From NCBI GenBank assembly GCA_964016885.1, contig OZ024746.1, positions 64,418,001 through 64,482,000 on the forward strand: a stretch of 64,000 nt of DNA. Reading direction: 5' to 3'. Below the pieces are notes generated by a model that saw only the letters and a program-made list of their open reading frames with translations, did no database searches and was not told where the DNA came from. The position numbers and the translations under genes were made by a program. Of the stretch, positions 39,818 to 53,987 are shown in pieces (within the stretch, counting starts at the first letter, position 1; each line of letters opens with the position of its first letter). The stretch comes from Eledone cirrhosa (Eukaryota).

Positions 39818-39878
39818 GCTCTCAAACCAGCAAAATGGTTTTGCAAATTGTGTAAAACCATTTTGCTGGTTTGAGAGC
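39818..39878. repeat. Perfect 25-bp inverted repeat (hairpin)
   Basis: GCTCTCAAACCAGCAAAATGGTTTT-(11 nt)-AAAACCATTTTGCTGGTTTGAGAGC. Confidence 0.92.
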
Positions 39879-40153
39879 TGATGAAGGTGAAGATGTGTGT
39901 ATGTGTAAACTTGTCTTGTACATTACCTTTCTTTATTTCCTCTTCCACTCACTTCTCTGTGCCAACACACTTCTCCTTGTCCTCCTCCTCTTTCAATCTT
40001 TTCTATATTTCATCTGGCTGTCACCCACCTTGTGAATTGTCTCTCTGTTGACCATTGGCCTCTGGTCTCTGTCCTCTGAGGCATTTTTGCTCATCGCTGT
40101 CTTTGATAGCATTTAGCTATTTTAACAGCAGTTCTAGCGATACCATTTCATCA

Positions 40154-40194
<41 letters not shown>

Positions 40195-40264
40195 TACATA
40201 GCAAAATTATAAAATTAAATTGTTATGGAATACCAACTACAAGTCATTTTTTTCCTCTTTTCAA

Positions 40265-40295
<31 letters not shown>

Positions 40296-40762
40296 CACAC
40301 TCACACTCACACTCACACTCACACACACACACACAACTAGAGTTTCATGCCTCCACCCTGAAACTTTTCCTCATAACTTTCTTAATAATGCATATTTTTT
40401 AATGACATTTTGCAGGGATACAGTTTATGAGGTGTAAATTACGATTATATTGGTGAAATTTAAAAAAAAATTCCTCATAATTCATAGTTGTGTTAGAAAT
40501 GACATTACATTCCTGTATGAAATCTATGCCATTATCCTAATCGATATTATTCATTATCAATATGAAATTGGTTGGTGTGTAGCCTACTACAAATACAGAT
40601 CAAAAGTATTCAGAAAATGAAAACACTAGTGAAACGGAAGTATACAATAATGGAAGTCTAAAAAAAATTAAATTTTGTTTTTGTTTTTAATTTCATCAAA
40701 ATAATCATAGTATACTCCTTTGGAAGTGTCTCTCCAAAGATCTTTGTGAGGAAACAAATTTG

Positions 40763-40796
<34 letters not shown>

Positions 40797-41175
40797 CATA
40801 AAGTGTGTGTCTTATTTTACTTTTACATAGCTTAATTTGTTCCATTGACTGACTGTCTTCAACCCAAGGAAGGCCAGATATAGATAGATAATTACAGAGA
40901 GAGAGAGAGAGATAACTAACTGGCAGATATAGCATGTTTTTGTAAAAACAAAAGACAAAAACAAAACAAAAGACAAAACAAAACAAAAATTGACTGCAGA
41001 ACATTTCCTTGTCTTTTGCATGAACTTTTAACTGATAAGAACAACTCTTTAGAAATGGTATAATAATATCATACCGTGACAGACGGATATAGAATGCTGT
41101 ACAACTTTTATAATACAGATTTGTATATTCACAAGCACAAGTGGAAGATGGATGTTAAACGATGATTATGATGAT

Positions 41176-41519
41176 ATAACCAAATGAAAAGATATATGTA
41201 TATATAGAGAGCGAAAGAGCCATATATCGTACAAGGAACACGGTATATTGTATCATCATCATCATTGTTTAACGTCCATCTTCCACACTAGCATGGGTTA
41301 GACGGTTTTGTTCCATTTGATGCGGGAAATGTTGGGAAACCGTGTCTCACTTGTATGGAAGTTTCTCCGGCATGTTTTTTTTTTGTATATATGTACATAT
41401 TCTACTATAGAATATGTATTTGGTATATATATATATACAATATACCGTGTTTCTTGTATGATACATGGGTCTTTCTCTCTCTCTATATATATACATATAT
41501 CTTTCCAGTTGGTTGTTAT
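41176..41519. repeat. ~80-bp inverted repeat pair enclosing a SINE tail
   Basis: 41176-41251 versus 41436-41519 reverse complement (CAAGAAACACGGTATATTGTAT shared). Confidence 0.75.
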
Positions 41520-41849
41520 GACTCTAGATAAAGTCTATTGAGCTTGCTTATTGAGAAACACAAAATTCTAAACATATTTGTTATGTTTTGATTCATTATT
41601 TGTATATAGATATGTGTATATATAATATATATATATATATAAATAAATAAATGTGAAGAAAGAATAGACAAAAATATACCTATTTTTTCTTCAACGTCCC
41701 GACTGCAGTTTCACTGACTGGCCTGACCATTAGAAGTGAATAATTCTTGGGAGGGAAAAATCATGTGATATAGCAGTCACAGAAGGGAGGTAAAGGCTGA
41801 ATGTTTGGCGAGTACTACATTTGCTGAAAAAAGCAGCCATCACCCATTG

Positions 41850-42105
41850 TCAAGGAAATGTCCTTGCTTGATATGTAGAAAATGTGTAGCTAGAAGTTCC
41901 ATAGGGTTTACTCAATGAAAATATTGATACACAAGAGATATAGTTGGATTGCAAGTAGACTAACAGAGAAAGTAGACTTTGAATGTGACAGATGCACAAA
42001 AAGAATAGTTAACAGAAAGAGCAGCAGAGAAATATACATTCTTCAATCCAGGGAAAGTTCCACAGAAGTAGTTGATAATTTCTGTTATGTAGGTAGTGAA
42101 AGTTG
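41850..42105 (+). mobile_element. Decayed RTE fragment covering the Cys/His finger region
   Basis: IHKRYSWIASRLTEKVDFECDRCT...EVVDNFCYVG, homologous to 63007-63210. Confidence 0.7.
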
Positions 42106-43178
42106 ATCTCGGGCCTATAAACATTTACCTGTAACTTCCAATGGCTGCTATGGAATTGTGTCAGAAATTAGTTTGGAGAGGTGCAGTGAACATTTTCACA
42201 CCAAGATATAAATGAAAAGTGAATATAACAGATATAGGGTCTTACTGTGGGATCAAACTCAGAATTACATGATTATAAACTGAATTTCTTAACCACGCAG
42301 CCATGGTAGTCTCCCTTTTGAGTTACTTTACTGTAAGGATATGTATATATTGGGAATGAGACTTGTTAACCATTCAGACAATCAACCAATAAAGTAAATT
42401 AATTAAAGAAAATGTGAAAGTATATATTTTCATTGTAAGCCACCATAGTTTTTGAGGCATCGTATTCGATAACATTATGTACTCACTGACTTTGTTCTTG
42501 AAAAATACCCAGCTTATATCGTTGGATTACAAATGCTCGGTTTAATGATCTCTGAAAAGTGCTTATGAAGATTTTCCAGTTCATGGCTCCAGAAAATTTT
42601 CTCTCTTGCTATGAAAAGCCGATAACCTTTTTACAAAGTGCAAATATACAGTACATTAGAAGAGTACACACATATGCGTGCACATACACATAAATACAGA
42701 TATTGTATATATATATATATATATATGAATTGATAGAAACGCGCTGAAAGAAATGGTTGTTTGCCTAATAAGTGATAATTTATTAATACTCTATAATAAC
42801 TATATAACATTATCAAGCTGTGCCCCCTCTATTTATTTCATGCCTCTACTTATAACAACATAAAGGTCTTATACCTCCTCCTACTTTTCCTTCCCTTTCC
42901 TTACCTTAAAGACTTTGTACTAAGAACTTTGTCTGCACTTTCCCATACATAGACTTCGCTTTCATCAGAAAATTTGATGATGCTGTATTTGAAAGTATCA
43001 ATACAGCCTTTTGTTAAAGCTACATATTAACTCTATTCGTTCTTACTGTGAAACAGCAAAAACATATCTCTTTTTAAAATCTACACTATTTAGGAAAGAG
43101 TGTTGAATTTAATCCTCCTAGAAGACAGACAGGTTAGGAAATAACTACCATCATTACTAACTTCGATTTATTATTAAT

Positions 43179-43720
43179 CAGTATTGGTAGAGGGTTGAAC
43201 ACCATGCTTTGATGCATAGTTACGGCCCTTGCCATTCTGAGTTCAAATCCCGCCGAGGTTAACTTTGCCTTTCATCCTTACGGGGTCGATAAAATAAAGT
43301 ACCAGTAATACACTGGTTAATTGCTGGCCTTGTGCCTAACGTAGAAACAATTATTAATATTAGGTAGAGGGTCGGATGCCATGCTTTCCAGCATAGTTAC
43401 GTCCCTTTACGATCTGAGTTCAAATCCCGCCGAGGTTGACTTTGCCTTTCATCCTTACGGGGTCGATAAAATAAAGTACCAGTAATGTACTGGGTAATTG
43501 TGGCCTTGTGCCTAAAATAGAAACAATTATTAATATTAGGATTGGCAGTATCGGTAGACAGTCGGACACCATGCGTTGAAGCATAGTTACGTCCCTTTAC
43601 GGTCTGAGTTCAAATTCCGCCGAGGTTAACTTTGCCTTTCATCCTTACGGGGTCGATAAAATAAAGTACCAGTAATACACTGGTAATTGCTGGCCTTGTG
43701 CCAAAAGTAGAAACAATTAT
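43179..43720 (+). mobile_element. Three head-to-tail copies of the Meta-like tRNA SINE, followed by an older fourth copy (~43729-43862)
   Basis: Three GAGTTCAAAT..GCCTTTCATCCTTACGGGGTCGATAAAATAAAGTACC units, each followed by TTATTAATATTAGG. Confidence 0.92.
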
Positions 43721-43914
43721 TAATATTAGGAAAGTGGATTAACAAAATTATTAGAACCTTGGACAAAATGTCTCACAGCAGTTACTCCAGCTCTTTATGT
43801 ACTAAGTTCAAATCAACTCTTTTGCTTCCCATTTTTCTAAGGTCAATAAAATAAAGTATCAGTCATCTGTTTATATAGCTGGCTATAGCAGACATAACTG
43901 TATAGTAGGCCCAG

Positions 43915-44265
43915 ACATTGTGGTGTAGTTCAGAAGCTTACTTCAGAACCATGTGGTTTCAGGTTCAATCTCATTACATAACATCTTAGGAAACTGTCTT
44001 CTATTATAGTCTCAAGTCAACCAATGTCTTGTGAATTAATTCAGTAGACGAAAACTGTAAGGAATCCCATTCTGTAGCCATATGTATCCTTAATGTGTGT
44101 ATCATTGTTGTGTGCATTCCAGTGTTTAAAATAGGTACATTATATATTTGTATGTTGTAAGAAGTGGCTAAAAGGGTTGGCATTAGGAATGACATCTAGC
44201 TGTATAAAACATTCCGTCCAACCCATACCAGTATGGAAAAGTGGATGTAAAAACGATGCTGATGT
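43915..44265 (+). mobile_element. CORE-type tRNA SINE with RTE-type 3' tail
   Basis: GGTTCAATCTC B-box, CORE-like TGTCTTCTATTATAG, tail CCAACCCATACCAGTATGGAAAAGTGGATGTAAAAACGATG. Confidence 0.6.
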
Positions 44266-44311
44266 TATATATATAATGTGAAGGTGTGTGACCTAGTCTT
44301 TAAGATTTACC

Positions 44312-44500
44312 ATAATAATTGTTCCTACTTTTGGCACAAAGCCAGTTATCCCAGTACATTGATGGTACTTTATTTTATCGACCCCGTAAGGATGAAAGAC
44401 AAAGTTAACCTCAGTGGGATATGAACTCAGACCTTAAAGGGCCGTAACTCTATGCTGCAAAGCATAGCATCCGACCCTCTACCGATACCTGCCAATCCCC
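44312..44500 (-). mobile_element. Meta-like tRNA SINE nested in an older SINE
   Basis: Reverse complement of the family consensus; the interrupted host SINE continues at ~44525. Confidence 0.85.
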
Positions 44501-47424
44501 CCCCCCCCCTATATTTACAATAATAATGTTGTGGATTTGATATCTGGACTGGGTTAAGTGTTATGTTCTTTGATCGAAACTCTTCACTTTATGTTGCTCC
44601 ATATACTCAACTGAAAATGAATGCCAGCAGTAGCTGGGGTTTAACCCTGCAATTGATAGGCATCCTCTCCATGGGAGAGTTTTGTACTCTCAGCCATAAT
44701 GCCAAGGAAACTGACTTGTGAAAAGTTATAATATGAGTTGTGAAGAGTTATAATAGTACTAAGTTTACAAATTGGCACAAATCTTATAACTATATAACAC
44801 ACACTCACTTTCTCCCCCTCTCTCTCTTTCCCTCTCTCTCTCTCTCTCTATCTCTCTGACACACACACACACACACACACACATACACTGGTGTTAGGAG
44901 GTGTATTGGGCATTTGAAAAACCTATCTAACTGATGCAAGCACACAAAAAGCAAATGTAAAATGATGATGATGATAACTCTCTACAAATGATGATGTTGG
45001 TCAAAGAACACAACACAACAGCTACAGTATGATTTGATCCTTTGGTGATAGTCAGTTATTTAACATTTTAATATCACTGTTTGTTTGCTTCACTTATCAA
45101 TATCTAAAAACTTATCGGTGATGCCAATGAGTGGACATTGATAAGATATTTAAATTTACTCAAGGGTTTCATTTCAGTATTAATGGTTTCTTCAGTTCTT
45201 CACAGTGGAAATGTTTGTGAACATATCTGGTTGTGTGCAGCACATCACATTGCTATTATTTATTGATTTAACACACATTTGAAATAAAGGGAGTCAAGCA
45301 TTAAATATATGTATTTTATGCTTGGTTAATTAGTAATGGGCTACACTTTACATCAGGGGGTTGGCAGGATGAGGCAGAAGAAGAAAAGAAAGTTTTGATG
45401 TTCTCTGATTTTTTTCCTAGGGTATGCAGTAACTGTAAATAAAATGAAATAACTATCACTAGAAATTAATTAAAAAACAAACAAACAAACAAAGAAACTG
45501 TTTGTGAACTTGCCTTCCCTAGAGCTTATGACATTTATTTTAACCTGTGTTTATTTGTTTTCTTACCTTTATTTAATATCTGAAATGTTTTATGAATCCT
45601 GTTTAATGTTATTATTATTCTTGACAAAATTATTATTTTAAAAGTAGAAGAATAATAAATGAAATTTAATTCTACTTCACTGGTTCAATACATTGCTATT
45701 TCCTTGTTTCTATTGTAGCAAATATAAAGAGATTAAGAACCTTTAAGAAGTGAGTAACGTAAGAACAAATATAAAAGCAGATATGTAAAAATGATTCTGC
45801 AATGAAATCATTATTGCATTGCTTCCAAAGATTAGAATTTAACGGAAGTATGACACGTCATGATTCCTGAAGTGCTTGATATCTGAATTAAAACGGATTT
45901 CAGCTGTGACACAAACAAACTCTATACATATCAAGAGATTCAAGCAGTATTATGTAAAGCCACTACAACTTTTCTTGAGCTCTATACCAGTACAGTATTG
46001 ATAATCTTGCAATGACTGATATCAAAGCAACAAGCTTATTTCAGTGTTGCCCTTACTTTCCTTATCACAAAATAATTATAGCATATTTCCATACTTTATG
46101 GAAAATATTTGAGCTACATGATCTTCTAACACTCCTGGTGGTTTTATTACCCCTTTCCATATTAATTAAGTCGATGACCCCTTATATTTAAAGGTAGTTT
46201 TGTTATCCATAGCTTTCAGATGCACCACATAACATCTAGCAATCAGATTGGAAATACAGCATTCAGATGAAAGATATAACACTTTAACGAAAAGTACAGC
46301 TCTTTGATAAAAAAAAAATATGTGTCTTAGATATAAAATATAGCTCTAGGGTATGAAGTACTGCTTCTAGCTGAAGAAAATGATTCGTGATGAAAAATAC
46401 TTTGAACTAAATGTATTTACTTACCAAAATGTACGTAGATTATACCTGACAAAAAAACTTGCAACTTTCGGGTTATTTCTTTGCTAAGGAAGAAGCAACA
46501 GCTTTTATTGTATTAGTTTTCTGTACATTTTTTTTCTTTTGTAATTGGATTTGTAGTATATTTATTTTCCACCCCCCACACACATATATATATATATATT
46601 TTAGTTGTTTTGGATGACATCTTTGATAGAACAATGAATTCAACTTCAATGTTTACTAAAATAGTTTACAATAAAGAAAATTCTGTATATTCATTGTGTT
46701 TAAAATGAGATTTAAAATTATCTTGTTTTGTGCAACAGTTACATTGTGCATGAAAAACTAAATAAAAAAAGAAAGAAAAAGGAAAATAGCTATGAATTCT
46801 CTGAGGTTGGTTGAGTTGTTGGATAACTCTTGCAGTGAATAGATTCTAGAGATTCTAACCTGCTTTTGAAGTTATTCTTTGAATATAGATATATGACAGA
46901 AATATGATTTGATTACAATTAGGGAGAAGTTCTTGGAAAAAAGTATGACTTTATTTGAAATGTGAATTGAGAATAATACAAACCAAACAAGCATGTAGAA
47001 TAATAGTTTACACATATGAAGCAGTCATGTATAAAACAGCTTTGGATTTCTCTCTAAAATTTCCTTTTAACATATTTAAATTTTCATTGAATTTGTTACA
47101 ATATGACATAGCGTATATACTTGTATATAAGCCGAGAAATATGTGACAAAAAATGGGAGGGTTGGCATATGGTCAAGGTTTTGCAGATTTTCACTACCTT
47201 CAGAATTTGACATAAATGAGGAGCTAAGATATTTTTGCGTTGGAGATGAATATTACACTGGCTTTACCTTTGATGGGAAATTCATGTTTTCTATTGTTTT
47301 TGATATGATTTGAATGAATATGGCTTTCAAAACAGCCAGAAATTGGTAAAATATCATTACATAATGGAGTTGTATACACTAAACAACACTTAAAACATTT
47401 TCTTTCTCTCTTCTCCTTTGCCAA

Positions 47425-47780
47425 CTTATTCCTGTGAGGGTCGTAGAGGCAGTCCTCAAACACTTCTTCCAGCAGGTCCTATCAGAAGCACCTGACTCCA
47501 ACTGATCCAACTGGATTGCCAAGCGAGACCAGCCAAGCTCATGGATGTTATCCAACCATCTTGCTCGGAGTCTGCCCTTGGGTCTCCTGCCTGTTGGTTT
47601 TATCCATAACATCTATCCAGCGATTCTTTCCTGAGACATTTTAACCACATGCCCATAGTATCGGAGCTGTGATCTCTCAATTCAGACAAGTAGTGGCTCT
47701 ACCTGGAGTGACTCTGATCTCTGAGCTACACATTCTATCAAGTAACGTTACGCCAAAGACCCTTCAGAGGAACCCAATTT
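47425..47780 (-). mobile_element. 3' fragment of a different RTE-like LINE family
   Basis: SQLRYYGHVVKM...KPTGRRPKGRLRARWLDNI...DRTCWK. Confidence 0.8.
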
Positions 47781-50024
47781 GAATTATATGAAATTTATAA
47801 GATGGGTTTTAAAACATTAGGAGTTTTAATCTAACCCTGTACATCACTGAGCTAAATGACAGTTTCCAGATAGATTAGGGTTTTAGAATAGAGTTATTTT
47901 TCTTTTAGATAAGCTGCTAGATAAGCCTTTCTCACAAGTATACTAGTTTCTTTGTTTCCTTTCTTTAAGTTAGTTGGCAACTACAGCTGACATTAATTGT
48001 TGATACATATTAATTCATCAATTAAATATGCACTCTTTTAAGATGTTAAGTGGTTTTTCGGCTATGTAATGTTAATTTCAGTGAATTAGAGTGGTCTAAT
48101 TTCTATACTTTTAATAGCATATACCAATGGAATATTTGTCTGTTACCTTGATACATGTAGCTTTTACTCTTGTGTTTGCCAGAGGAAAAGTTTTGGAATA
48201 TTGCCAAAATATGATGGTTTTGTTTTTATAAAGTAGCTATTCAAACAGAATTGAATAGATAGTTTCGAACATTACAGCCATAAAATGAAAGGTATGAGAC
48301 TATATTGCCAGAATATAGGTATATTTCGTGTCATAGTCCAAGACACGAAGAGAAAGGTGATGCTATTTATTGAAAAGCTATAATAAAAATGTAAGTAAAA
48401 CATGGTAAAGAAAGATCCGTTCCAAAGTTAATAATAAAGAAATTTATTTGATACATTTGGCAATCTCTTTTTATGGAGCATTTTTTCATCTTATCTTGGC
48501 TCTGTATATGGTATAGTATTGTGTTGAAGATTTTGAAACATGAAAGCTATTTAAGGTAATTATATTTTTACAGATATAGAACATTTATTGAGCCTGGTTT
48601 TCACAATCTCTATAACTGAGTTGTTTTTCGAGATCTTCAAGAATAATACATTGACTTTACTACTATTCCATTTTACAAAATATAAAAATGTTTTCGAAAA
48701 GCTTGATATATCTCTGTTTCAATTGTTATTGGCTGATTTACAAAATGTTTTAATCTTTATCTGTTATTATGTGAAAAATGTCTGAAGTTTAGGAAATTAT
48801 TACTATGCTTCCACATTAATTTTTCCTTTATCATATTTCATTTATTTCTTAAAAATAATTATCTTTTGATGGAATTTATTTGAGAATACTTTTTTTCTGT
48901 TTTGTATTTTTGTTTGTAAGCTGATAGTATATGTTATGTTGTGATAGTTATTGGAAGAAAACTGTATTCAGGATAGTATCTTCGTTAGTTGAAATTGAAG
49001 AAATGGTATTTTGATAATTCATTCCAAATTGTATGTTAATTCAATTTCACAAAAAAAAAAAAAAAAAAGATAGTTTATTATCTTCAATCATATATTCTAT
49101 AACATCTTTTAATCACTGAATACATGTCTTTCCTGTTACTAGAAACTTTGCTTTTATCTAAGGAACCATAGATACCTATTTATTCTATATATTGCTATCT
49201 CACAAAAAATATTTTCTTTTAACTCAAGAATATCTTCAATTGAAATGTATGTATAAGTATATATGTATGTATGAATGTAAATTTGTAAAATGCATTCATA
49301 TTATTACAATTTTTTATAGTTTTCTAAAATGAGTTGAAATCCTTAACTGATTGAATTCAAATTATTTTTATTTTCTAATGTATCTATTTTTTGTAACTCT
49401 TCTTGCTGAAGGAAGGGAACTAATTTTTCAAATAATTCCTAGCTATGCTTGCATGGAAAATTGAAGTGAGAGAAAAAAAAAAAAGAAAAAAAGGCAGCAT
49501 AAATTCATAACCAAGTTATTGTATTTTATAATTTTAATTAGATAAACAAAAATTCTTCTCTTTGAATGCACATTAGACAAAAAGTATTATGACATACATA
49601 TTACTTTTATTGCATGTGATTAGCACAAATGTAATATATTCACTGTCAGAATTTGGTTCTAGGAACCTCTCTACTAAATACTATATCTTCAGTCTCTAGC
49701 TTGCATATGCATATCAGATGATTTGATTAACTTTCTTGTCCATTTTGTCCATGTAACTGCTCAATCTGTTGCTCAGTGTAGCAGACAAATATTTCTCAAA
49801 CAAACCCTCTGCCAGTTTTAAATAGTTTGCCAAGTCTTAAATCTCACAACAGCAACTAGCAATGGAATGGTTTGCTTGATCAATTCTATCCTAGCCAGGA
49901 TCAACAAGGACTTCTCAATAATAGTAGCAACAATAGCAATAACTTCTTCAGTTCTTCATTGGAAGGTTTATTTTTTTCTTTGGTTCAAGTTCATAAATAC
50001 GCTTCTGTGTGTGTGTGTGTACAA

Positions 50025-50061
<37 letters not shown>

Positions 50062-50282
50062 CTACGCACGCACACACACACACACACACAAACACCCATA
50101 CATATACACTCCTGATAGTTATAAAGGTGCTGTAGAAGGTATTTAAAACCTGGCGGAGCCCATCTCTTCTCCAGATCTGAACAGAACTGAACTATTGTGA
50201 TTTGAATACCCTAACCTCTGAGCCATGCACCTTCACACAAACACACACGCATAACGTTTGTGTGTATGAGTGCTTATGTGTG

Positions 50283-50327
<45 letters not shown>

Positions 50328-51089
50328 TTATATGTATTTTAGTGGTTTCAGTCATACAATTGCAGGCATACTGGGGCACCACCAGATAGGCTTTACTTAT
50401 TTAATTTTGATACTTATTAAGTCAATCTCTTTTTGTCAAACCACTAGGTTATAAGACATAAAGTGACAGAATATAAACATGACACAAACACACACTCATG
50501 TACACATACACCCTCTCTTGCACACAAGTAAAACTTGACAATGAGGTATCAAAATGTTCTTTTTTGATTCTCTCCAAGAAAAAAATACAGTAGGAGTTTA
50601 GTTAGAATATTTTCAAGGATTCATAGTGTATCTAATAGTAGTAGAATACATTTGCTTAAGGCAAATCTCTTAACCACAGAGACATTTCTGTCCCTTAAAC
50701 ATTAATATATGTGTTTCTTTAAATGAATATTTATAAATCTGTGTCTTTCTCTGTACATTTCTCTATATCAGTCTATCTCTTAGGATGAAGAATGGAATGT
50801 TGTGGGATTCATGCCTTTCCAAAATAAATTGAAATGGTTTCGACTGGAAATTGTAACCGAGGTTATTGATTTTGTTTGCTTAGAATCTACCTCTTACTTA
50901 TTTTGCAATACTTATCAGTTGTTAATAAAACAGTTTAATAGAAAAAGGAAAAAAATAGATTCAGAAGAAAGAATGGAATGTAAAATAAGGAAATATAAAA
51001 ACAGAAAAGGAAGAGAAAGGCAAGGACTCTAGTGTCACAGAAGAATGGGGAGGTGAAAGGGTAGGGTGATGGGTGATGGGTCTAGAGCA

Positions 51090-51290
51090 CAGCTGTAATG
51101 AGGCTGTGCCGTGTGGACAAGACAGCAAAAGGATTACCGCAGACATTGGCCAGTGACATCCATTGCAACAGCCACCCCACCTCACGGGGCTCCTTCTTCA
51201 GACAGGCTACTGATGTTCCGATTTTGCGGTATGGGGTCCAAGTATGCCTGAGGTCTCGATGGCAACCGGTGTGAAGAGGAAACAAGTTAT
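51090..51290 (-). mobile_element. CRE-like (restriction-like endonuclease) non-LTR retrotransposon C-terminal fragment
   Basis: FTPVAIETSGILGP / RKIGTSVACLKKEPREVGWLLQWMSLANVCGNPFAVLST resembles the CRE RLE tail F.P.A.ET.G..G...RE...L.Q.LS.A..RGN...VL. Confidence 0.65.
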
Positions 51291-51735
51291 TAACAAACAG
51301 CAGCCATATCTCCCATAAATCCCACTCTACCATCTTGAATAAAATACAAACTAAACATTTTACCATGTGATTCCCGTTTCCATGCACATGGGAATGGGAT
51401 GGTTATGACTGGGATGTCTTTGATGTTAGTCTTGCTTGATCAGAGTTGACTTAGGGCTAAACAACAACAACAACAACAGCAACAGCAGTAGCAACAGCAT
51501 TAAAATTAAGAAACAAAGAAGCAGTGAATATTTTGGGGGTATACATACAGAGGCACTATTAATTTCCTGTAAACATAACAGTTGGCTTAATCACACACAT
51601 AGAGATTTCATTTGATAAAATTCATTTTCCAAGATGCTATCAGCAATACATCTGTTACTATGTGTTAGCTGAATGCATTTGATTATTTTGTGGATGTGAG
51701 CATGTGTGCTAGTGTGTGTATGTCAGCACGTGTGC

Positions 51736-51780
<45 letters not shown>

Positions 51781-52037
51781 GATGTGTTAGTGTACATGAG
51801 CGTGTTTTGTGAGCTTGTGTGTGTATGTGAGCATGTGTTTTGTGTGTACATATGCATGTATGTGTGTATGTGAGAATGTGTGTGTGTGTGTGTTTGTGCA
51901 TGTGTGGATGCATGTGTGTTTTAATTGCAAAAATGTAAATTGTATTTTGTGTTGCTCACTACTAACTCTAGAGATGCAAAGATGTTTAAGCTGCTACAAA
52001 TAATTTGAGTCACTGCGGAATTCTCTTCCTTCTTCCT

Positions 52038-52606
52038 CCTCATCATCATCATCATCATTACTGCTGTCATCATCGCCACCATCATCATTGCTGCCATCAT
52101 CATCATCATCATCGCTGTCATCATTATTACCGTCACTGTCATCATTATTACCGTCACTGTCATCATTATTACCGTCACTGTCATCATTATTACCGTCATC
52201 ATTATTAACGTCACCGTCCTCATTATTATCATCACTGTCATCATTAACGTCGCCGTCACCGTCATCATCATCATTATTATTATCGTTGCTGTCATCATTA
52301 TTAACGTCACCGTCATCATCAACATCATTATTATCGTTGCTGTCATCATTATTAACGTCACCGTCATCATTATTACCGTCACCGTCATCATTACTGTCAC
52401 CGTCATCATTATTACCGTCAACGTCATCATTATTACTGTCACCGTCATCATTATTACCGTCACCGTCATCATTAGTACCGTCACCGTCATTACTGTCACC
52501 GTCATCATTATTACCGTCACCGTCATCATTAGTACCGTCACCGTCATCATTATTACCGTCACCGTCATTACTGTCACCGTCATCATTATTACCGTCACCG
52601 TCATCA
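52038..52606. repeat. Compound trinucleotide-phase repeat (TCA/TTA/CCG)
   Basis: Direct inspection; generates spurious M/T/V- and S/L/P-rich ORFs. Confidence 0.95.
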
Positions 52607-52822
52607 ATATTATTGAATTAATGTAAAGGATGATGTGCTCATGTGCAAAGATGCTATAAAATAGGGTGAAGACTCTTAAAAGATTAAAAAAGAAGTTGCC
52701 ACTGGCTGCTATGAGGAATGGAACCTAAGTCCCAGATACTGGCAGTACGAACACATCATCCTTTACATTAATTCTATATTCTCAATCCCTCAGCTACGTA
52801 TACCATTATTATTGTCTTTAAA

Positions 52823-53275
52823 GGACGGGGAATTGGCAGTATCGGTAGACCATCAGACACCAGCCTTTACGGCACAGAGTTATGGTCCAGAGTTATGGCC
52901 CTTTACGTTCTGAGTTCAAATCCCGCCGAGGTTAACTTTGGCCGTTCATCCTTACGGGGGTCGATAAGATAAAGTACCAGTAATGCACTGGGGGTAATTT
53001 GCTGGCCTCGTGCCAAAAGTAGAAACAATTATTATTGTCATCAAACAAGGGGGGGGGTGGATTGGTTGTATTGGTAGAGCGTTGGACAACATGCTTTGTG
53101 GCATGTAGCTATGTCCTTTTACATTCTGAGTTCAAATCTTGCCAAGGTTATCTTTACCTTTCATCCTTATGGGGTTGATAGAATAATGTACCAGTAATGC
53201 ACTAGGGTCAATTTATTGACTTTCCACTTCCCTTCAAATTGCTGGCCTTATGCTAAAAGTAGATACAATTATTAT
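52823..53275 (+). mobile_element. Two adjacent Meta-like tRNA SINE copies (short and long subfamily)
   Basis: 52823-53032 and ~53050-53272; ATTATTATTGTC appears before, between and after them. Confidence 0.88.
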
Positions 53276-53687
53276 TGTCATCATCATCATCATTGATGTT
53301 ATTATCATCATCATCACCATTGATGTTGTTATCATCATAGTCATCATTAATACAGTGATACGTTTGCCTTTCTTTTATACTTCTGGGTTCAGTAAAACAA
53401 AGTACTAGTCATAGACTAGATTCCATTGAATTAACAATAAGGATTACTAACTTACATATAGGACCAACAAGTTGGGACAGAAGTCTAATTGATTATATAA
53501 AACCTTCAATATTTAACTAGTATGGAACTTCAGGACTTGCTTGGTACTTACTGTGGAGACTACCAAATGATGAAAGGCTAAGCTGATCTGAGTGGGATTC
53601 AGATTCAGAACATAAAGAGCTATAACTAAATACACCAAAGCATTTTGTCTACTGCTCTAATGATTCTGCCAATCTAGTACCCCCATC

Positions 53688-53882
53688 ATTTTGATTGATC
53701 TAAATTGATTATGCCTCCACTGAAGCCAGATTTACTCCCTGCCTTCTCTATGATGTATCGCATGAGGTGGAGATTGTCATGTATAGATCTGGTTGAGATT
53801 GTGCAAGTTTGCACCTCCCCTACAGACCCTCAACGACAAGTGCCAATCTCTTCGCTAACACCTTGGCCAAAATCTTAAACAG
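53688..53882 (-). mobile_element. Tx1/L1-clade reverse transcriptase fragment
   Basis: FKILAKVLAKRLALVV / VGEVQTCTISTRSIHDNLHLMRYII...INLDQSK, with one frameshift. Confidence 0.75.
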
Positions 53883-53885
53883 AGT

Positions 53886-53927
<42 letters not shown>

Positions 53928-53940
53928 CAAACACATACAC

Positions 53941-53984
<44 letters not shown>

Positions 53985-53987
<3 letters not shown>

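Noticed and set aside
43179-43720. tRNA gene cluster
   Set aside because: A/B boxes are present but no cloverleaf or terminator was recognised; these are SINE heads with conserved body and tail.
45780-46320. Repeat-free stretch with several TGA/CTGA boxes (possible snoRNA or conserved element)
   Set aside because: No convincing C/D box pair with terminal stem and no ORF; needs comparative data.
50140-50185. SPDLN-like mariner transposase motif
   Set aside because: Too short and frameshifted to support a call.
51921-52621. Long ORFs of 177-228 aa
   Set aside because: Pure trinucleotide-phase repeat translations.
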